Source of the DNA: Macrostomum lignano
Lineage: Eukaryota
DNA length: 64,000 bases
Assembly: GCA_002269645.1 (NCBI GenBank)
Contig: NIVC01000274.1
Coordinates: 116,353 to 180,352 of the forward strand
Direction: 5' to 3'
Under the pieces are notes generated by a model. That model was not told the DNA's origin. It searched no databases and saw nothing but the letters and a program-made list of their open reading frames with translations. The position numbers and the translations under genes are program-made. Below are positions 59,496 through 64,000 of the stretch, one piece after another (position 1 is the first letter of the stretch; every line of letters begins with the position of its first letter).

Positions 59496-60218
59496 CTATT
59501 CATTATCTGTGAGCTCCATTCTACGCATGATCTCAAACAAGTCGGTTGGATCACTTGTTTCCCTTGTGGTCTGTGGTGCCTCTTCAGCGTCAATGTTTTT
59601 GAGATTATGCAAGCGTTCAAGACGACCGATTCTTCTCACCGATTTCTGCCATTCGGTAAAAACTAAATCTACAAAGACTTTATTTGCAGTAATTCTTACT
59701 TTGATTTGATCATGCAACGCTGTTGACTGAGTCATGAACTCTTCTAAATTCCTCACTTTACCTGTGTTGGTTGCGACGTTTTCTTTAATTCTATCATGCA
59801 ACGCTGTTGACTGGTTCATGAACTCTTCTAAATTATTCACTTTAGCTGTGTTTGTGAAAACTCCTTCTTCAAGAATGCGCATCCGCCTATCAATGGAGTT
59901 TCTCAGAAGATTAATTGTCGATCTTAAGCTGTTGATTAGCGAGACTATCGAAGTTATTTCTGACCTTAGTTCATTAGTTGCGTTTAACAACGGCACATAA
60001 AGCTTATCACTGTCAAACTTCTGTCTAGCTACTTTAAGCCTGAGATCTTCCATGTTCATTTGCAACTGGTGCATGGAGCGCTCTAGGGCTTTCAGTCTGT
60101 TTTTATTCAGTTTGATCTCTGGGATCTCTTCATCAGTGTTAATGTAGCGCTTATCAAGGAAGGAAGTTGTGAGAGTGCTGTTGCTTGTAGTTGACTCACC
60201 TGCAAAATTAATAGACAT
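59496..60218 (-). CDS. Coiled-coil protein, 240 aa, with a 28-aa internal repeat (possible fibre/spike stalk)
   Basis: Heptad-rich; TNTAKVNNLEEFMNQSTALHDRIK and TNTGKVRNLEEFMTQSTALHDQIK. Confidence 0.65.
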   Translation of the reverse strand: MSINFAGESTTSNSTLTTSFLDKRYINTDEEIPEIKLNKNRLKALERSMHQLQMNMEDLRLKVARQKFDSDKLYVPLLNATNELRSEITSIVSLINSLRSTINLLRNSIDRRMRILEEGVFTNTAKVNNLEEFMNQSTALHDRIKENVATNTGKVRNLEEFMTQSTALHDQIKVRITANKVFVDLVFTEWQKSVRRIGRLERLHNLKNIDAEEAPQTTRETSDPTDLFEIMRRMELTDNE

Positions 60219-60234
60219 TTTTTTAAATGAAAAA

Positions 60235-61035
60235 TTAAATTAAAATTCTTTTCTCCTTATTAATCATGACAAACTGATAAGGTTGGTTCCACTTTTCATA
60301 GCATATGTTAACAAATTCCTCCTGTGATATTGTTCTGTTAGAGTTCTTAGCTGGATATGTAATGTGAGCTGGGGCAATGACTTCATTATAAAATCGTTTC
60401 AGTCGATCCTGTGGTATGGTTGGGAAAAGGAGAATCAAATTACAGTTACCTCTAATTGTTTTATTTGGCAGTTCAAACCAGTTTTGGGCAATGTAAATAA
60501 CATTGCAGTTATTGTGTCTACCCCGGGTGAAATAATTTTCTATCTGTTTCTGGGGACCGGTCATGCAGTCATCAAAGACAATCAGGTGCTTTCTCCCCTT
60601 TTCTAGTTCATCAGGTTGAGGTAAGAGTTTAGTTTTAGGATCTATCTGTGGATCTCCATAAGTGAAAACTTTAATATTTTGCCATTTTTCATTGTCTGGG
60701 ATGTGCTTTGCGTATTCAGTGGCTACAACTTCCGGGTTGCTGTTGAGGTCTTTTTGATGTCTAAAACATTGAATAATATCTTCCTTGTTGAGTTTGTTCT
60801 GTAGGCCCGCTACTAGCATTTTATACTCATCTTGATACAGAGTGGGTGAATAGATATGTGGTGTGTCATAATCGAGGAATCCAGGTCTGAGGAGCATGTT
60901 AAAAACTCTGAAGGTTTTCCCTGACCCAGATGAGCCAACAACAATGCATCGGAAGTGCCCTGGAATTATCTCGTTGTGAGCAAATTTTATCTGATTGCGT
61001 GTCCAGTGGGGATGAAAGTCGTTTGTGAAGTCCAT
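60235..61035 (-). CDS. A32/FtsK-like genome-packaging ATPase, 266 aa, intact
   Basis: Walker A GSSGSGKT, Walker B LIVFDD, RGRHNNCNVIYIAQ. Confidence 0.95.
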   Translation of the reverse strand: MDFTNDFHPHWTRNQIKFAHNEIIPGHFRCIVVGSSGSGKTFRVFNMLLRPGFLDYDTPHIYSPTLYQDEYKMLVAGLQNKLNKEDIIQCFRHQKDLNSNPEVVATEYAKHIPDNEKWQNIKVFTYGDPQIDPKTKLLPQPDELEKGRKHLIVFDDCMTGPQKQIENYFTRGRHNNCNVIYIAQNWFELPNKTIRGNCNLILLFPTIPQDRLKRFYNEVIAPAHITYPAKNSNRTISQEEFVNICYEKWNQPYQFVMINKEKRILI

Positions 61036-61231
61036 TTTTTATGTAAAAAAACTTTTTCTTTTTAAACTTGTGTATTTAAGACGCGTGTGTCTTTTTTCGG
61101 GATGTGTATGTGTGTGTCTCTTTGCGGGATGTGTGTGTCTTTTTTCGGGTTGTGTGTGTCTTTTTTCGACTAGTCCTACATCCGACTAGTCCTACACCCT
61201 CACACCTCTTTTACCGTCAGGGTGCACCAAA

Positions 61232-61612
61232 TTAGTCAAATTTAAAACCGCCTCCTTTCTTATATTCAGCTCTCATCTTTGCGTAGATGGCTGGATCGAC
61301 ACTATCTGCACTCGGTGCAAGGGGTTGAATATCTGGTATTGATTTCCGGGTTTCATGAACCGTATCCTTTATCTTTTTGGCTGCTGTGGCTACACTGCCA
61401 GCCGCTTCGGCAACGTTCTTGATGTTCTCTTTGTTCTCTCCAATGACCTTAAAAATCTTGGCCCCTTGAGCGATCAAATCAGCAAGACCGTTCCCTGAGC
61501 GTTCTTTTCTTGGATAGTGGCCTGCAGGGAAAAGTCCAGATCCGCGTTTAATGAGATTAAGTTCCTCTTTGTCGTAGTATTTGTCAATGTCTTTTTCGAA
61601 AATAATTGGCAT
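61232..61612 (-). CDS. Small putative virion core or membrane-active protein, 126 aa
   Basis: ATG at 61612 after an A-rich leader; GxG motifs RGSG|L, SGNG|L and KGGG|F; amphipathic GLADLIAQGAKIFKVIG. Confidence 0.6.
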   Translation of the reverse strand: MPIIFEKDIDKYYDKEELNLIKRGSGLFPAGHYPRKERSGNGLADLIAQGAKIFKVIGENKENIKNVAEAAGSVATAAKKIKDTVHETRKSIPDIQPLAPSADSVDPAIYAKMRAEYKKGGGFKFD

Positions 61613-61628
61613 CTTTTTAAATAGAAAT

Positions 61629-62842
61629 TTATTTTTTGTTAAACCGTGAAAGCAAAAGTTCTCTTGCTCTTTTATCGATATATTTTCTCTCAAGCATTTT
61701 GTCCAGGATGTTGACAAATTCTTTTCTATTCTCGTCTTTCATTCCGGTCTTTGCCGCTCCTAGAAGAACAGCTAACCGCTTGTAGAATTCAGGCATGCCT
61801 TTTCCGGAAGAGCTTGGAGGTGATTCGAATGATTGGTCAGAGGAGGAACTGTCATGTGGCGCTTGTCTTTGTTGAGGTGTGAATACTCTGTCATTGATTC
61901 GCTTCATTCGTTCTGGGTAGAGCCGCTCTAATTGTCGCCATTCATCTGGGCGCTGGTTTCTGTACTGGGAAATCTCATTTGGCCCTGCTTTTTCAAGCGC
62001 TTCTAGTACTTGTTCGGGTGTGATTTGTTGCTGTGGCGGTGGAGGTTGTTGTGGTTGTGGTTGTGTTGTGGTTGCTGCTGTTGTGGTTGTTGTAGTTGTT
62101 GTTTTGGTTGCTGCTGTTGTGGTTGCTGCTGTTGTGGCTGTGGTTGTTGTGGTTGTTGTCTTATGACCTCTTCTTGATCCGGCAAACCAAACCATTGTTT
62201 AAAGTATTTGTATTTTCTAAACCTGTTCAAGTCAATCCTGTTTTCATGTAAAACTTTCAAAACACCGTTGTTCTTGAGAATGTCTATGTCCCTCTCTAAA
62301 GCGAAGGTAACCAGATCTCTATAATTCTTTAATTGCTTCTCGGATATTTTTTCCTGATTTTTAGTCATGTAGTCGAGTAAACTTTGAGTGAAGGGGATTC
62401 GTTTAGTTTCTGCGCCTTTATTGATTGAAATAGTTTCCTTCGTCACTTCAATGTTGTAATCCGCCGGTTCCCCGGTGATATTTTTTCGCCAGGCGCTAAT
62501 TCCAAATATATATTTTCCATCATCCGTTACGGGGCCAAAAAAGTTATCCGTCACTTTCATCTGCACTGGTTGTCCTGGTTGCTGAGCCTGTGGTTGTCCT
62601 GGTGAAGATGGGATTTTACCCAATGTGTTTTGCAAGTGGCTCTCTTGAATATCATCAACTGCTTCCTTCACAGTGTCGAGGTTTTTCTTCGCTTCTGTGT
62701 ATCCGGGTTTGTGAAATTCGGTGGCTGCTTGGACAAACTCATTGTGGGATTGTTGCTCCTTATTTATTAGCCCGGTAACTCGTTTCTCTGCTTGTGCTAG
62801 CTTCTCCAATTCAGATATCTGCTGTGTACTTTTTCGCTTCAT
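61629..62842 (-). CDS. Q/P-rich Polinton structural protein, about 404 aa after repairing one missing base near 62065
   Basis: ORFs 62003-62842 and 61629-62195 fuse by restoring one CAA CCA unit; the C-terminal RLAVLLGAAKTG...EFVNILDKMLERKYI motif is typical of Polinton core-type ORFs (recollection). Confidence 0.7.
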
Positions 62843-62891
62843 TTTTTATTTTATTTTATTTTTAGTCTAAATGTTAGTCTAGTCTAATTAG

Positions 62892-63536
62892 TCTAAATCG
62901 AACAGAGGAATTTGGTCGGGGGCCAATCATACATCGATGGAGATTAAGCTAACTAGCGTGGAGCTGTACTTAGAAATTATTGAGCCCAAGACTGCACTCA
63001 AAGCTGAATACTTGAAGGCGATTGAGAAAGACATTGATATTGCTTATACAGCTTATATGTGCAGAGATGAGCGGAATGACGCAAGACACAATATTTGCAT
63101 TAAAGAAGGCTCCTGTAGCAATCCAAGGTACATTATTGTCACTATGAGGAATACAACTAATGTAGGTAGATATCTACATGGAAACATTCGATCGATTCAG
63201 CATGAGATCAGTGACAATTTATACCCTGCATTGCCACAAAATGGAAATTTCTCGGAGAACAAGATTAGTAAGTTTTACAATGAACTGTCGGACTTGGCTG
63301 TCAAAGAGAATAACGGTATTGTTTTGACAACCTTGCAGTATAAAAAACTATATCCAATATTTGGTGTTGATGTGACTGCTAGACAAATGCCTACAGACAA
63401 TAGCCCTGTTAACATTGTGACTAATATCGAGCGGAAAGAATTTGGTGCCGCAACGGCTGTTGATCTGTTTATTATCTATGCATTTGAGAGGAAGATCAAG
63501 GTCAATATGATCAATAACTCGTCTAGTAAAGTTTGA
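62892..63536 (+). pseudogene. Double jelly-roll major capsid protein, C-terminal half only (about 214 codons)
   Basis: IKLTSVELYLEIIEP, NPRYIIVTM, LYPALP, KKLYPIFGVDVT and a position directly upstream of penton fit Polinton MCP. The frame is closed by TAG at 62889-62891 with no room for the N-terminal half. Confidence 0.7.
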
Positions 63537-63558
63537 ACAATTTTTTTTCAATAAAAAA

Positions 63559-64000
63559 ATGGAAGCCATAGCGAAAGACTGAACAACATTGTTTCACACT
63601 CTAAGGAGAGCATTCCAATCACTGTAGCGGGTCGCATTACTGAGTCAAACGGAATCTTCATTCAAAAATTGGAGCAACCACTTCGTTTGGATCCCGAGGC
63701 GAATTACCACGTCTATCTCAATGATTTCACTGGGTGGTCAAATGTTCCCAATGTGACAGCGGAAAATAACAAGTTTTATTACAAATGGAAGCGTACTACA
63801 ACAGAGGTTGTGATATTTCCTGTCAGCACACAGAGCGTGGATACTTATAATTACTTCTTGGAGAACGTCTTCACTAAACGAAAGCATTTTGAGATACCGG
63901 ATGAAAGCAAACCAGAAAATAAACTGTTCCCTGTTAGATTAACTTATGATCTAACTGTCATGAGAGTTGTCTTGCAAGTTCATAAGGACGCAGAGGTAGA
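63559..64000 (+). CDS. Minor capsid protein (penton), 5' part; one base missing near 63575; runs off the window
   Basis: After repair: MEAIAKRLNNIVSH...LEQPLRLDPEANYHVYLNDFTGWSNVPNVTAENNKFYY, the Polinton penton pattern; open to 64000. Not in the ORF track. Confidence 0.8.

Larger units (their letters stand above)
49753..64000. mobile_element. Polinton/Maverick (adintovirus-like) endogenous viral element, continuing beyond the window; left end tentative
   Basis: Gene-dense, intronless, AT-richer block with rve integrase, pPolB, adenain protease, A32-like ATPase, MCP fragment and penton. Candidate terminus AGTAGA at 49753. Confidence 0.93.

Overview
Eukaryotic (animal) genomic DNA. GC-rich exons, poly-Gly/Gln tracts, a molluscan-type myosin light chain, USP paralogs and a minisatellite in almost every intron suggest a free-living flatworm such as Macrostomum (inference). 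About 1-49.5 kb is host sequence: 3' end of a syndecan, a secreted Cys-rich repeat protein, myosin essential light chain, two tandem universal stress protein genes, a 9-exon XPR1 (SPX-EXS) gene, two orphan single-exon genes and a 4-exon Y-box gene. The 8.8-kb first intron of the Y-box gene is a nest of DNA transposons, one carrying a 64-bp copy of the 28S rDNA R2 target site. An intact Tc1/mariner element with DD39D spacing follows. From about 49.75 kb to the window end lies a Polinton/Maverick (adintovirus-like) endogenous virus: integrase, protein-primed PolB, adenain protease, packaging ATPase, a 5'-truncated major capsid gene, penton, and several putative membrane-active genes (parvovirus-type PLA2, adenovirus pX-like, a hydrophobic-hairpin protein). 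All 12 frameshift sites I could resolve in the element are base losses in short runs, with no in-frame stops seen in the restored PolB frame, so much of it may be intact in the real genome. Exon boundaries and frame repairs were made by eye; no searches were run.
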